Notes: generated by a model not told the origin, from the letters alone. A DNA stretch of 62,286 nucleotides, filler included, from Sphacelaria rigidula (GCA_964200075.2; 10 parts of 10 records of this genome joined end to end with filler, not necessarily neighbours in it), one strand, 5' to 3'; shown: positions 1-11,140, counted from the first letter of the whole stretch. Made by a program: numbers and translations.

Positions 1-133
1 CAGTGGCTACTATCGTCATCATCCATCTGATGAGGGGGGTACCTACCACCCAAAATGGGGTACCCCCCCCCCCAGAATGAGGTTTTCGGGAAATTGGGGG
101 GGTGAACACCGTTTTCCAGTCTGTAGGACCCCT

Positions 134-753
134 TGCATCAGCTGCGATCTGGAGCTTTCGTTGATCTACTCTACTGACTGCCTGCCATGCCTAGAGGTCA
201 CACGGGGTACTGTAACATATTATCAGGTACCCAAATTCGGAATACCTTTGGAAACGAAAGAGTTCGTTATTTTAGAGTACGTCGACATGGTTCAAATGAC
301 TTTCCTTACCCGAGGGACTGCGGCTTCCCCGTCCGCCCGCCAGGTATGAAAGAAGGACAGCATAGTTTTTTGGACCGCATTTAACGCTCACGGGGGAACA
401 CAGAGTTTCTCGTCTATGAAAATGCCCATTTTTCTCAATGCAGACAGTTTGATGCCCGTTAGTTTCTAATAAGAACGTTAAATTGTCGATTTGTGATGGT
501 GCTGTACTGATTGGTAGATGCCAATACCAGGAAAGATTTATAGTGCTGTTCGACACTATCTTCGAACGTTTGGACGGACCCTAAGCGGACACTTCCCCTC
601 GGGTAAGGAGAGTCATTTCAACCATGTCGACATACTTTGAAATAACGAACTCTTTCGTTTCCAAAGGTATTCCGAATTTGGGTACATGATAATATGTTAC
701 AGTACCCCGTGTGACCTCTAGATCAACGAAAGCTCCAGATCGCAGCTGACGCA
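134..753. mobile_element. Non-autonomous TIR element, ~160-185 bp inverted arms, TG...CA ends, 5-bp TSD (CCCCT)
   Basis: 134-317 is the reverse complement of ~594-753, apart from an ~25-bp extra segment in the left arm. CCCCT lies at 129-133 and again at 754-758. Confidence 0.8.
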
Positions 754-869
754 CCCCTCTGCACGACGCTAGCAACAGTTAGGTCACCGCCACAGGTATC
801 TTTTTTCACTCTGCATGTCAAGAAGGTCTTCACGAGGGTTTGATCTTTCGTGCACTCCACGCAACTGGC

Positions 870-1348
870 GTGTGGTCAAGCGCCCGGTTGGGGGGAGGTG
901 GCGGAAAATTTACGATGAATAACACCCCGTAAGTTCATATTGGATCCATCTGGTTTTGCCGCAGCACCGTCCTTGCGGGCATGTGTGTGACAGAGAACAG
1001 TAGTAGCGGTGACGGGAATATCGCGCTGTTTTTCAACGACATGTTTTTCAGCGCATAGAGGCGCGTGCTGTCCAAAAAGAGAGCTAGAGAGAAATTGATA
1101 TTCGCATCGGTGAGGACGTGCTCAGGCAAGACGAAGAGACGAAATCTCTCCGCAGCTCGGTCTTTAGGCACAACATGGAAAATTGGGTACATGGTGGTAC
1201 CATCAATGATGCCAGTCTTTCGAGCGACTGGTAATCGCCGAGCGAGAACACACAAAGGACACGGGCGAGGAGCTTCCTCTCTGTCGTTGCTCCTCTCTCT
1301 GGTGATATCGTCATCGACACGCGTGTACCCTGCATTCGCTGGGTGCAC
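870..1348 (-). pseudogene. Degenerate coding relic, possibly a Ulp1/C48-like peptidase fragment
   Basis: The ORF contains VLTDANINFSLALF...NSAIFPS, and past the stop it continues in frame as VLFIVNFP. This loosely follows the Ulp1 motif order. No catalytic His/Cys was seen. Confidence 0.25.
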
Positions 1349-1624
1349 CTAGCCCGAACTGCCCTCCTCCTGCGGAGTTTTGGGGGAGGAAATACTTTTT
1401 CTTTGTGATACTGTTTCGTATTTTCCCAACCTCATTTTTTAGTTCAACCCCGAAAATTAGGATCCGCTGTTATGTGGAGTTCGAGTCAGCACGTTTTGTG
1501 GGAACTTCCATCATCGTATATTCACTTGTCTATGCGTAGTGCCCGCGCGTTCGGTGGCGTCCCGAGTGCAATTCCATTCCATGTTGAAAGGAGCTTGTGT
1601 TGCTACCGCGATTCAAAGTCCCGG

Positions 1625-1812
1625 CGTGGAAACGTTCCACGGTTCGGACGAATCATCACGACTAGGAATCAACAAATCCATGATACCTTCGGCCTGATTG
1701 CCCAAAAGGGAGAACAAAGTAGACCGCTGGTCAAACAGATCTCCACGCAACGTATGCGCCATTCCACGTAAGGATTGAATCGTACCTTACGAATCAAATA
1801 CACTGAAATCAT
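1625..1812 (+). repeat. Dispersed repeat, shared with 38340-38570 and partly with 30930-30960
   Basis: Shared blocks CCACGGTTCGGA(C/T)GAATCAT, GACCGCTGGTCAAACAG.TCTCCACGCAAC and AAGGATTGA.TCGTAC..TACGAATCAA. Confidence 0.75.
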
Positions 1813-2667
1813 CAATGCCAAGATTGTGTTGTGTAGGAGGGTACGGGTATGTTCTGTAGGGTATGGGATTTCGATCTAAAATGTGCGGTGAAGAACTCCC
1901 ATCTGGTATGTCGTAATTTCAATGCGGGAGGGGGGTGTGCGTGTCTCGGCTGCAGATGACATTTCGCTCTTCTTTTCCACCGACCGGGCGGCCTATTCGC
2001 TTCCTTGCCGTTCGAATGGGCGGATCATCCCTATCTTATGTTTTGGCCTCGATTAACATGTCTAACAGTACACGCATGTATCATTAAGCATAGTGGAATT
2101 GGTGAACATGGTCGGTCTCTTAAGACTGCGGGAAAAAAATATTCGAGATCAGTTGATCGGGAAAACAACATTTCCGCAGCATCTTGCTGCATTCACATTG
2201 TGCAAGGTGGCTTCCATCAGCGGAGGGTAAGGACCACACGATAGCTCGTGACGCGCTTGCTCGTTGATTCTGTGGTGCGTTTTGTTTGCTGATGCAGGCG
2301 CTGGTCTCCGCGGCAACCACGTGAGCAGGCGCACCCAGGAGGTGGGTATATTCAGTGATGAAATCATGCGTGGTGGAGTGTGTGATGTGACAGATATCGC
2401 TGCATCATTGATGTTACAGTAGATAACATGCAGGTATTATCGTCAGGTAGCATCGCACTTTTTGTGAGTCTGGAGTTGTCCCGCTCATGTGAAGGGCGGG
2501 GGTAAGCACTGGCAACTGCCGTTCTTATTCGAAGTACACCTGTAGCACCATCCTGGAACAAATTCATTCCACTGAAATCGCGCTCACTCCTCACCAACGC
2601 TCATCGCTTACCCCCCCCCCCCCAACCTCCCCCATTCCCCCTCTCACCATTCTACCCACATGAACAG

Positions 2668-2772
2668 GGATTGTGCAACAGCATCGGCTGCCTCAACGGC
2701 TCCATACCCGTGACCGACGCGCAGTCCATCGAATGTAGCGACGGCGTGTGCACGCAGGAGGAGTGTTGCGAG
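2668..2772 (+). CDS. Exon of Cys-rich repeat protein (GLCNSIGCLNGSIPVTDAQSIECSDGVCTQEECCE)
   Basis: cag| acceptor after a pyrimidine tract, |gtgggt donor, 105 nt, phase 0-0, six-Cys repeat unit. Confidence 0.8.
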
Positions 2773-3060
2773 GTGGGTCCTCTTCCGGGTAGACCCGGAC
2801 GATGTTGTAATCGTCGCGAATCAATCTATTTCTGACTTGCCTTACACGACAAATACTGGCGCTGTGACAAACGCACCTGCGTGAGTAATTGTGTGGTAAG
2901 CAAGATTACGTTGTTGTTCGAACGCCAAGGACTGACGTGTTGGCCGATTGACTTGTGGTTGACCAGTTGATGAAAATACTGGGAAATGATACGTTGTCAT
3001 GTTGACGTGGCGTGTACTACCCCTTCCATCTTCCATTTTTGTGTCACGCATGGAATACAG

Positions 3061-3165
3061 GCTTTCTGCTGGAGCGCTGCGTGCCCCAACGCCTTCACGC
3101 CCATCCCGTTGGCCAATGTCACCCTGTGCCCGGACAACGTGTGCACAACGGAGCTGTGTTGCGAG
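3061..3165 (+). CDS. Exon of Cys-rich repeat protein (AFCWSAACPNAFTPIPLANVTLCPDNVCTTELCCE)
   Basis: tacag| and |gtaat splice sites, 105 nt, phase 0-0, same Cys spacing. Confidence 0.85.
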
Positions 3166-3267
3166 GTAATTTTACAGAGCTGAGGGAGTGTACCCCATCG
3201 TCCTCGAGTGCCATGCATCTGTATCGCAGCATCTGTACGACGGACGCAAAATGCCGAAAATTGGTGA

Positions 3268-3668
3268 CACACGCGGCCATTCGGCTACGCCCATACGTAT
3301 CCTCTATCGCGATTTTCATCCTCTCGAGGGTAAAGTGACCCTCCGGAGGATAAAAATACCGTCTAGAGTGTATTTCATACTCAGTTCCGGTCATAAAACG
3401 AATCCTCTGGAGGGCGACTGATGCTCCAGGACTTCTGAGGTCTGAATCCCTCGAGAGTAATGAAACATATGGTGCTCTAGAGGGCTGCGCATCCTCCAAG
3501 TTCCTCGAGAGGGTGCGCGGCCCTCCAGAGGCAAAACAAGCCTCTGGAGGCGTTCGATCTCACCCCTCTGGAGGGCCGCGCACCCTCTAGAGGCGTTGAA
3601 TTCCTCTGGAGGATCAAAAAGTTGACCGGAACGGTGCATTTTTGGGGGTAGCCAAATGGCCGCGTGTG
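3268..3668. mobile_element. Intronic MITE, CAC...GTG ends, ~21-bp TIR, 2-bp TSD (GA), CACTA/CMC-like
   Basis: CACACGCGGCCATTCGGCTAC ... GTAGCCAAATGGCCGCGTGTG with GA on both sides. It is absent from the paralogous intron near 4951-4965. Many internal CCTCNNGAGG near-palindromes. Confidence 0.85.
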
Positions 3669-3858
3669 GACTTCTTAGCTTGACGCTTGGACGCCATAGA
3701 CGCCCACCAGTTTCATTGTTGACCCTAGAACGCCCCGAGAGTGGGCAGTCTGTGAGTGGACGTCAAATTCACTTGAACAGAGTATGCGTGGTCCGGATGA
3801 ACTACCCTCCCTGCGGTCTAACGGCCAAGCTTGATGCACTGTGTCGTAATCGACGCAG

Positions 3859-4157
3859 GCTCTGTGCTCTGGATTTGCCTGCCCCAACGGACTGATCCCC
3901 ATCACCAACGCGGAATTGGAGAGGTGCGACGACGATGTATGCACCTCGGAGCAATGCTGCACGACCGCCTCCGTCGGAAGCAGCGCTGCTTCCGACTCCG
4001 ACGGAAGCAGCACCGTGTCGGACTCCGACGGGAGCGACACTGTGTCCGACACCGACGGAATCAACACTGTTTCCGGCTCCGACGCAACGAGCGTTGAGTC
4101 CGACTCCGACGAAACAAGCGTTGTTTTCTACTCTGTAGAGAGCCCATTGTGCAACAG
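3859..4157 (+). CDS. Exon of Cys-rich repeat protein: one repeat, Ser/Asp-rich linker, start of next repeat
   Basis: cgcag| acceptor. Encodes ALCSGFACPNGLIPITNAELERCDDDVCTSEQCCT, then (SDSDGSST)-like octamers, then LCN. Ends at AG|gtgagc (phase 2). Confidence 0.85.
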
Positions 4158-4355
4158 GTGAGCGGTTGCGTCAGCACTTGTGTTTTGTCCACTTTGCTGA
4201 TTCTAGCTTTCCGTTCGCGCCAATGCAAGAACCCGAAGAACGTCGGAGTGAAGCGCACAACGTTTCAAGTTGCATGTCCATCCGCGGACGAGGTTTATGC
4301 CCTCTCTGACCCTGCTCTTCCCCGTCCACCCTCGCCCCGTATGTTTCGTTGGCAG

Positions 4356-4446
4356 CATCGGCTGCCTCAACGGCTCCATACCCGTGACCGACGCGCAGTC
4401 CATCGAATGCAGCGACGGCGTGTGCACGCAGGAGGAGTGTTGCGAG
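4356..4446 (+). CDS. Exon of Cys-rich repeat protein ((S)IGCLNGSIPVTDAQSIECSDGVCTQEECCE)
   Basis: ggcag|C completes the split Ser codon from the previous exon. |gtcagt donor. Near-identical to 2682-2772. Confidence 0.85.
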
Positions 4447-4750
4447 GTCAGTCCCCTTCCGGGTAGACCCGGACGATGTTGTAATCGCAAATCAATCTAT
4501 CCCGACATTTGTTTACTTTTTATGACCCACCTTACACGACAGATATTGGCGCTGTACCAAACGCACCTGCGTGAGTAATTGTGTGGCGAGCAAGATTACG
4601 TTGTTGTTCGAACGCCAAGGACTGACGTGTTGGCCGATTGACTTGCGGTCGACCAGTCGATGAAAATACTGGGAAATGATACGTTGTCTTGTTGACGTGG
4701 CGTGTGCTACCCCTTCCATCTTCCATTTTTGTTTCATGCATGGAATGCAG

Positions 4751-4855
4751 GCTTTCTGCTGGAGCGCTGCGTGCCCCAACGCCTTCACGCCCATCCCGTT
4801 GGCCAATGTCACCCTGTGCCCGGAGAACGTTTGCACGAGGGAGCTGTGTTGCGAG
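4751..4855 (+). CDS. Exon of Cys-rich repeat protein (duplicate of 3061-3165)
   Basis: tgcag| and |gtaat splice sites, 105 nt, AFCWSAACPNAFTPIPLANVTLCPENVCTRELCCE. Confidence 0.85.
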
Positions 4856-5148
4856 GTAATTCTACAGAGCTGAGGGAGTGTACCCCGTCGTCCTCGAGTG
4901 CCATGCATCTGTATCGCAGCATCTGCACGACGAACGTAAAATGCTGAAAACTGGTGACTTGTTGGCTTGACGCTTGGACGCCCCGGATTTGATTCATCAA
5001 CCCTCAGACATCACCAATTTCATTGCTAACCCTTGAACTTCCCGAGAGTTGGCAGTCAATTCACCTGAGAGTATACATCTTCGGGATGGACAACACTCTC
5101 CGCCGTCTAAATGTCGAACTTGATGTACTGCTGCCGTAATCGACGCAG

Positions 5149-5256
5149 GCTCTGTGCTCTGGATTCGCCTGCCCCAACGGACTGATCCCCATCACCAGCG
5201 CGGAATTGGAGAGGTGCGACGACGACATGTGCACCTCGGAGCAATGCTGCACCACG
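5149..5256 (+). CDS. Exon of Cys-rich repeat protein (duplicate of 3859-3966)
   Basis: cgcag| and |gtgaga splice sites, 108 nt, ALCSGFACPNGLIPITSAELERCDDDMCTSEQCCTT. Confidence 0.8.
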
Positions 5257-6139
5257 GTGAGAGACCGTCGTGTACTACTGTCAAAATTTACCTGCGCTCA
5301 TTATTGCGGTGTATCCGCCCGTAGCGGTGATATGAAGAGCGAGCTTTGGCGGTTAACTGAATCTTGTTGCAGGTGTGACTACTTGTTGGAGGGTTTCAAC
5401 AATACATTTAGCGTCAATCATTCCTCGTTCGCTTGACTGCCTTACAATACGCGTTGTTGTTGCAACCGTTTTGATTGTTTGGAATTCTGCAGGTGTGATG
5501 GAGAACGTTGGATATCCCGCTGGAAAACGTGGCTATCACCCCCCGCGAGGGAGGTGGTGGGTCCGCTCGCAGAATAGTCAAGGCGTTTTCTTGGAAAAAA
5601 AAAAGAGAGCTAAAGTCACGTCTTGTGAACAATTTTGTGGTGTTGTTCATATTTCACCCGAAGGCAGGAGAGAAATTTGCAAAAGCACGCGTTGACCAAC
5701 CTTTGCTCCCAGGGCGGAGGATTCGAGGTGACTCGAATATAATTCGACAAGGAAACGTACATTTTTTAGTTATGCTGTCTTGTGTCGTGAGTGTATAAAT
5801 ATGGTACGTGCCTCGTCGGTCCTCAACCACGCATTGTGGTGTACGTTTTGGTTTCATTTCTTTTTTCGTGATGGATTCGGTCATTTTCGGTTGAACCTGG
5901 TAGCTGTTCCTCCATGTGTGACGGGGGTGGAGTGAGTAGCGAGTGGGTGAAAAGTGGGCGTGTCGATTATTGTGCGCAAAGGTAGCGGTGCTCATGTGAT
6001 ATGTACCTGGTCAGTCTTTAACTCAATTTTTTGTGTACGATTTGGTCTCGTTTCGTTATTCCGCTGTAAACAGCCAATCATCTATGTTGAGGATGGTGCT
6101 TTATATTGAGGATGAGAACCCGGAGGATTAAAATCTTCG

Positions 6140-6239
6140 NNNNNNNNNNNNNNNNNNNNNNNNNNNNNNNNNNNNNNNNNNNNTTAATTAATTAANNNNN
6201 NNNNNNNNNNNNNNNNNNNNNNNNNNNNNNNNNNNNNNN
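6140..6239. other. Artificial contig spacer (also 12379-12478, 18618-18717, 24857-24956, 31096-31195, 37335-37434, 43573-43672, 49811-49910, 56049-56148)
   Basis: Identical N44-TTAATTAATTAA-N44 linker (stops in all frames) between 6139/6138-bp pieces. Confidence 0.99.
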
Positions 6240-6335
6240 TTCATGCAGCCTGAACCCGAACATCAGGCGCTGTATGGCATTTGTTTCGTGACACTTTTCG
6301 CTAGTTTTTTTTGGGAGGGTATCGTAGAAAGTGTC

Positions 6336-6406
6336 TTGGACCGCCTCGGACTAACGACCACTTCCACACCCGCCGCATTTCTCGACCTGCGTGCAGATCT
6401 GGGTTC
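6336..6406 (+). repeat. Dispersed repeat shared with 40551-40622
   Basis: TTGGACC...GGACTAACGACCACTTCCA.ACCCGCCGCATTT...GCAGAT.TGGGTTC occurs in both contigs. Confidence 0.75.
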
Positions 6407-7847
6407 CAAGTTTTTGAATTTGAGCCTCACTTGTACAAACTACAAACCCGCCCGCGCGCAATGGTGGAGAGAAGGATCCACCCCAACCTGAAATCTGGAG
6501 CCCACGCAGCAGATTTGAACGGCGAGCAGTTTTGCGGCGCCTCTACTTTCCATAAGCGCTCACCCCACTTCTGTGCTTACGTGAACACCGAATGCAGCAC
6601 CACAACTGTTCAGGCACTCTCCAGCGCACATTACACCATGTTCATCGTAGAGTGTTCAAATGCCCAACAGCACAGCGACAACTACAGCATAGAAATAATG
6701 GGTGTGGGAAGCACCCCGTTTGAAATCAGCCGAAGAACTGAAATATGAGACATACCTTGTCTAACTGTACTCTAGCACAAATACACTCACTTCCGCTCTC
6801 ATGTGCTGTAGCTATCACTGTTCTGGGGTGTGTTTAGACCTTGCGAAGAAGGTTTGGTCTCCGCTGAGATTGCTTGGTGTGCTGTATTGTTGTGTTCGTC
6901 TCTCTGTAACATATAGTATCAGTCTGGACGTAGTGCTGTCTACACACTTGATTCTTGAAAAAATCATGTTACCCGGACCCATCACTTGCGCGATTCCGAA
7001 CACGGCTGGGTAAAGGCACACAACCAGCACCAGTATACACCACTTGACCGGCTGGGCCAGACCCCATGCTCCATTGAAAGGAGTGACGCACAGCACAGTA
7101 GTGCGGATATACCGCACTGCCAGGGTACTGCTTGCACCCGTCAGCATGACGGCTTCTGCCGTTGCCATCGGCGCCAGCGCTAGCGGCCACGGCAACATCA
7201 ATTTTGCAACAAGAGAAGCTGGTGCATACGGTGTACAGCCCGTCCTAAGGTTCTAGAACTAAAAAAACCCTGCAGAACTGCCGTGTTGTCTCGTGCCCAG
7301 TGTAGTACTCTGCACTCCATATACCATTGAAGAATTGTCTTGTGTTACAGTGGACTAATTTGTACTCCATGTAATGGCGTCATGTTTTGAGCAGCTTTTC
7401 GAAAAGTTCTTCCAATTTCATGAAAAGTAGTCTGAAAAAAACGAGAGTGTTTTTTGTCACAATCTAATGCTGAATCTGGAATAGCCTGAGACAACAACCA
7501 ATTTGAAAATTGGAAAATCGCGACGGTTCACCACCACCCTTCACTCGCATTCAACGCAGTAGTCCCAATAACATTATTGCATTGCATGCCATTACGGATG
7601 ATGTATAATCCTAATCTGCTCAGTGTACAGCGGCGCACTAGTGAAGAAAATATTTTGACGGATGGATTCTCCTTGTCCTCCATACATTGTATTTGGCTAA
7701 ACCAGTCGCTCCCTACTACTTCCGCACAGCCCGGGGCTCTTAATTCACGCGTGTTCCGCAACGTCATGCGGAGTAACTCCTTGACCGCTAGGGTAGGTGA
7801 TCTGTCGAGTAAGCACCACTGCACCTGACATTCAGAAATGTATGTTT

Positions 7848-8266
7848 CATGGATAGGTCGAGTAGAGTATTCTCATTACCCAGTATTTTTGAAGAGTCAT
7901 ACTTTTAGTACTCAAAAGTTTTAGGAGAGTATTCGAGGTCGTTCTCAACCTACCCAATTATTCTAGTAGAGTATTTGAAATCATACTCAATCTACTCGAA
8001 ATTTGAGTATAGTATTGGGGTCATACTTAAATGATTCTCGATACTCGAGTATTACTGAGAGTGCTTACTCAAAATTTGAGTAGAGAATTTTAGACCATAC
8101 TCAACGTACTCAAAAATTGAGTAGAGTACTTGAGGCCGTACTCAACGTACTCAAAATTTGAGTAAAGTATTGAGGTCATGCTCAAATGACTATACTCGAG
8201 TAGAGTGAAGACTTGAGTATTTCACTCGAGTACTCAAAAGTACATACTCTACTCGACCTACCCTTG
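7848..8266. mobile_element. hAT-like MITE with 8-bp TSD and many TACTCAA/TTGAGTA subterminal motifs
   Basis: TIR CA(T/A)GG(A/G)TAGGTCGAGTAGAGTAT. Flanks are GTATGTTT (7840-7847) and GTATATTT (8267-8274), a 7/8 match. Confidence 0.8.
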
Positions 8267-9374
8267 GTATATTTGGTGCATCAATAGGAACACATGAGAA
8301 CAACGTGTCTCTATTCAAGGAGAAACGGTTGGTCGGGATGACCATGCATGATGTTTGTTGGGCACTGCAGCGTTTTTGTGACACGTTGATGTTCGGAAAT
8401 CCCATACACTTTTTTTTTACCCTGTCGTTTTGCTAGTTTTCTGGAAAATGGAAATAGAGAAATGAGGTTTTCTGAGAACACGCCACCATTAGAACGAGTC
8501 TACCTTGTCGACCGAATCGGCATCCCCACCTTCGAGTGGAAAATCAGCTGACAGCAGGTCCACAATGTGTCGGGTATCCATATGTTGAATCGGCATAATC
8601 TCACTGCGCCGGGGACCTTCGAACTCAGGTACGCTGTGGTGGATGGACTCGACATTCGTTTTCATCTGGTGAATTGGCATCAGCTCGCTGCACCAAGTGT
8701 GTTCGAAGTCAGGTGCGCCATGCGTGGCGCTGTCTGAAGCTCACACGTTCGAAATCAGCTACAGTGTGCACAGGAACCAACATCATTTGTGAAGAACATG
8801 ACGGACGTACGGACGTGAAAAGCAAGATTCCTGTACAATGCAACACCCGTTTGTGGCCCAGATGCTGAGAATTCGACACAGTTAGCCCATTTAGTACTTT
8901 CAGTAGTTCATAACCGACCTGATGAACCTTGATGATACTCCGTTTTTTCTATAATCTCCCTCTATCCCGGGATATTCTGATTGCTTCGGAGCCCGAAAAA
9001 ATCGCCGTACAACGGATATTCCCGGGATCCCCGAAAGTAGGGGCAACACAAAAAGTACTCTTCTAGAAAGGGGCTAACGTTTGAGGTAGAATAGCCTCCG
9101 AATGAAAGCTCCGAGTGAAGCTCAGGTTACAAATTCCAAGAAGAATTTGTATAGTTTGATCTTCCGGTTGATGCTCAAAACGTTCAGTGAATACCCTCGA
9201 AATGAAAATCTGACTGGCCAACTAACAATAAACTTGCTTTATGGCACAGTCAGTACTAAAGACTTGGAATCTTGATCAGCACCGGATTGCTCCACGCCCA
9301 AAGCTTCAAGATGGATAAAAAAAGTGGGCTTACATGTGAGCACGCACCGCAGTGCGGTTGCACGCAACAGGCAG

Positions 9375-9428
9375 TGGGGGGGGGGTGTACTCATGATCAT
9401 GCTTGCCATAGTCATCAGACCATTGACG
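9375..9428 (-). repeat. Isolated LINE 3' terminus (hairpin + C-run)
   Basis: The + strand reads G-run then TGTACTCATGATCATGCTTGCCATAGTCATCAGACCATTGAC, homologous to 11158-11201. Confidence 0.75.
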
Positions 9429-11140
9429 GGAATATTAAAACACACATCGGTAATGAAGGCGGCAAGACTTATGTGCATCAAACGAGGACCTTGGTTGGCC
9501 CAAATACGATGAAGGGGGTATTCACCTCAGGAAGTGTTCGCTTTGTTCAATCCTATGAGACAAATTGTAGAGCTCAGGCACATATAGATGCGATCTTTTC
9601 CATTCGACCAAGTCACCATTTCTCCCCAAAAACCATCCCTTCAGGATTTGGAGTACATCAGAACGTCGAGCTCGCCTGTCCCTGCTCCCCCGCCTGTCTC
9701 CCGGCTGTCGTTCTTTGGTCAGACAAACGAGAGAGAAAATGACACGATCCCTGGCAGCGTGTAAATATCCACCATTGGTCCCACGCCTGCCACGCAAGTA
9801 ATCTTTTCTCGAGTACGAACGTCGCCAGCATTATTGGGTACAGCAGTAGCACATGGGTGTTGCCCGGTACATGTGAAACGGCGAGCGGAGGAATCAAAGG
9901 CATCAGCGGACCAAAACAAGAATAAAGGATGAGCGGGCCCAGGGGGCATGGGATGGGAAGGAAGGCATTGCTCTATGAAATTGAAGCTTGGCCTACGTAC
10001 ATGTGTATGTATTTCAACGAAAATGTTGTGTTCGTTACCCTGAGTCTCAGCACTTTGGAACGGAACAGAAGATAAAACTAGGCATATCAAGTGGATCTCT
10101 ACTTGACGAACACACCGGTTCATATCTATATCATACTCGAGAAGAACATAATAATTTCCCCAACTGCCTCCAAAATGACCGCTTCGAGCCGCGGAACAAA
10201 TTTCTGTCTCTTACGTTGGGGTCTACTCTATACTGTGTAGTCTTGGTACGGCGGGGGTCGCCTCCGAATAACGAACATCTCTTGCAGGCAAATGGTGCTA
10301 TTTCAAAATGTAACCTTCTACATGGAACACAATCCCAACAGTGGGGACTCCGCATATCGGAACACCGTGAAACTCAAGTATTTCGCCAAAATATTTGTGA
10401 TAAGAGCTATGGCGTGCGCCGGCCCAATGAAGAAAGAAAACACTTGACTTTCCTGGAAAGGGGGATGTGGGGAAACAGAGTGAAAAATGGGGAAACAGAG
10501 TGAAAAAAGTTTTTTGGGTCCAGACAAACATGGACATTTTTATACACAGAAAACGTACTCCACGATTGTACGAGACATCGCTCAACATGCACAGTCCACA
10601 ATGTTACATACCCCATCATGGCGTGCGCTGGCGCTGACGGCTACCGCGTACACGGCCGGCGGCGTTGTCGGGGTGCGGGACTTGCCCTCTAATCGACTGC
10701 GGGTACAGTAAGTCACGTACGGCTCCGCACCCGCTACCAAAAGCGTGTGGCCCCTGTCCCCGGTAGTCATGCATTGAACCTGAAAACACAACGAACCCAC
10801 GAAAATGATATTATGGGGGTGAAAACATGAAAAGCAAATATGACTCTGGTGATGGACGACTCCGACTCAGAGGAGGTTGACCGACAGAACTTCCACGTCA
10901 AAAACGTTTGCATCGAATCTCAAGGAATAAGGAAGCATCGGCGCATCTTTACCGGACACAGTGACGCCCGAGAGCGAAGTAAGCGGGACCTTTTCCCGCT
11001 CGGCGGGACTTTGCAAAAACGAGAAGAAAATAAGTCCTGTCTTATATTGTCAGTCTTTTGCAACGTTTCAAGAACAAAAGGGGCGAGATACGGGGACTGG
11101 GTACGGCAACAAGACTCAAAATGGCGCGCACGCAGGGCAG

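Noticed and set aside
6140..6239. TTAATTAATTAA recurring every ~6.24 kb
   Set aside because: Artificial linker inside N padding. Neighbouring contigs must not be read as linked, and ORFs running into the Ns are artefacts.
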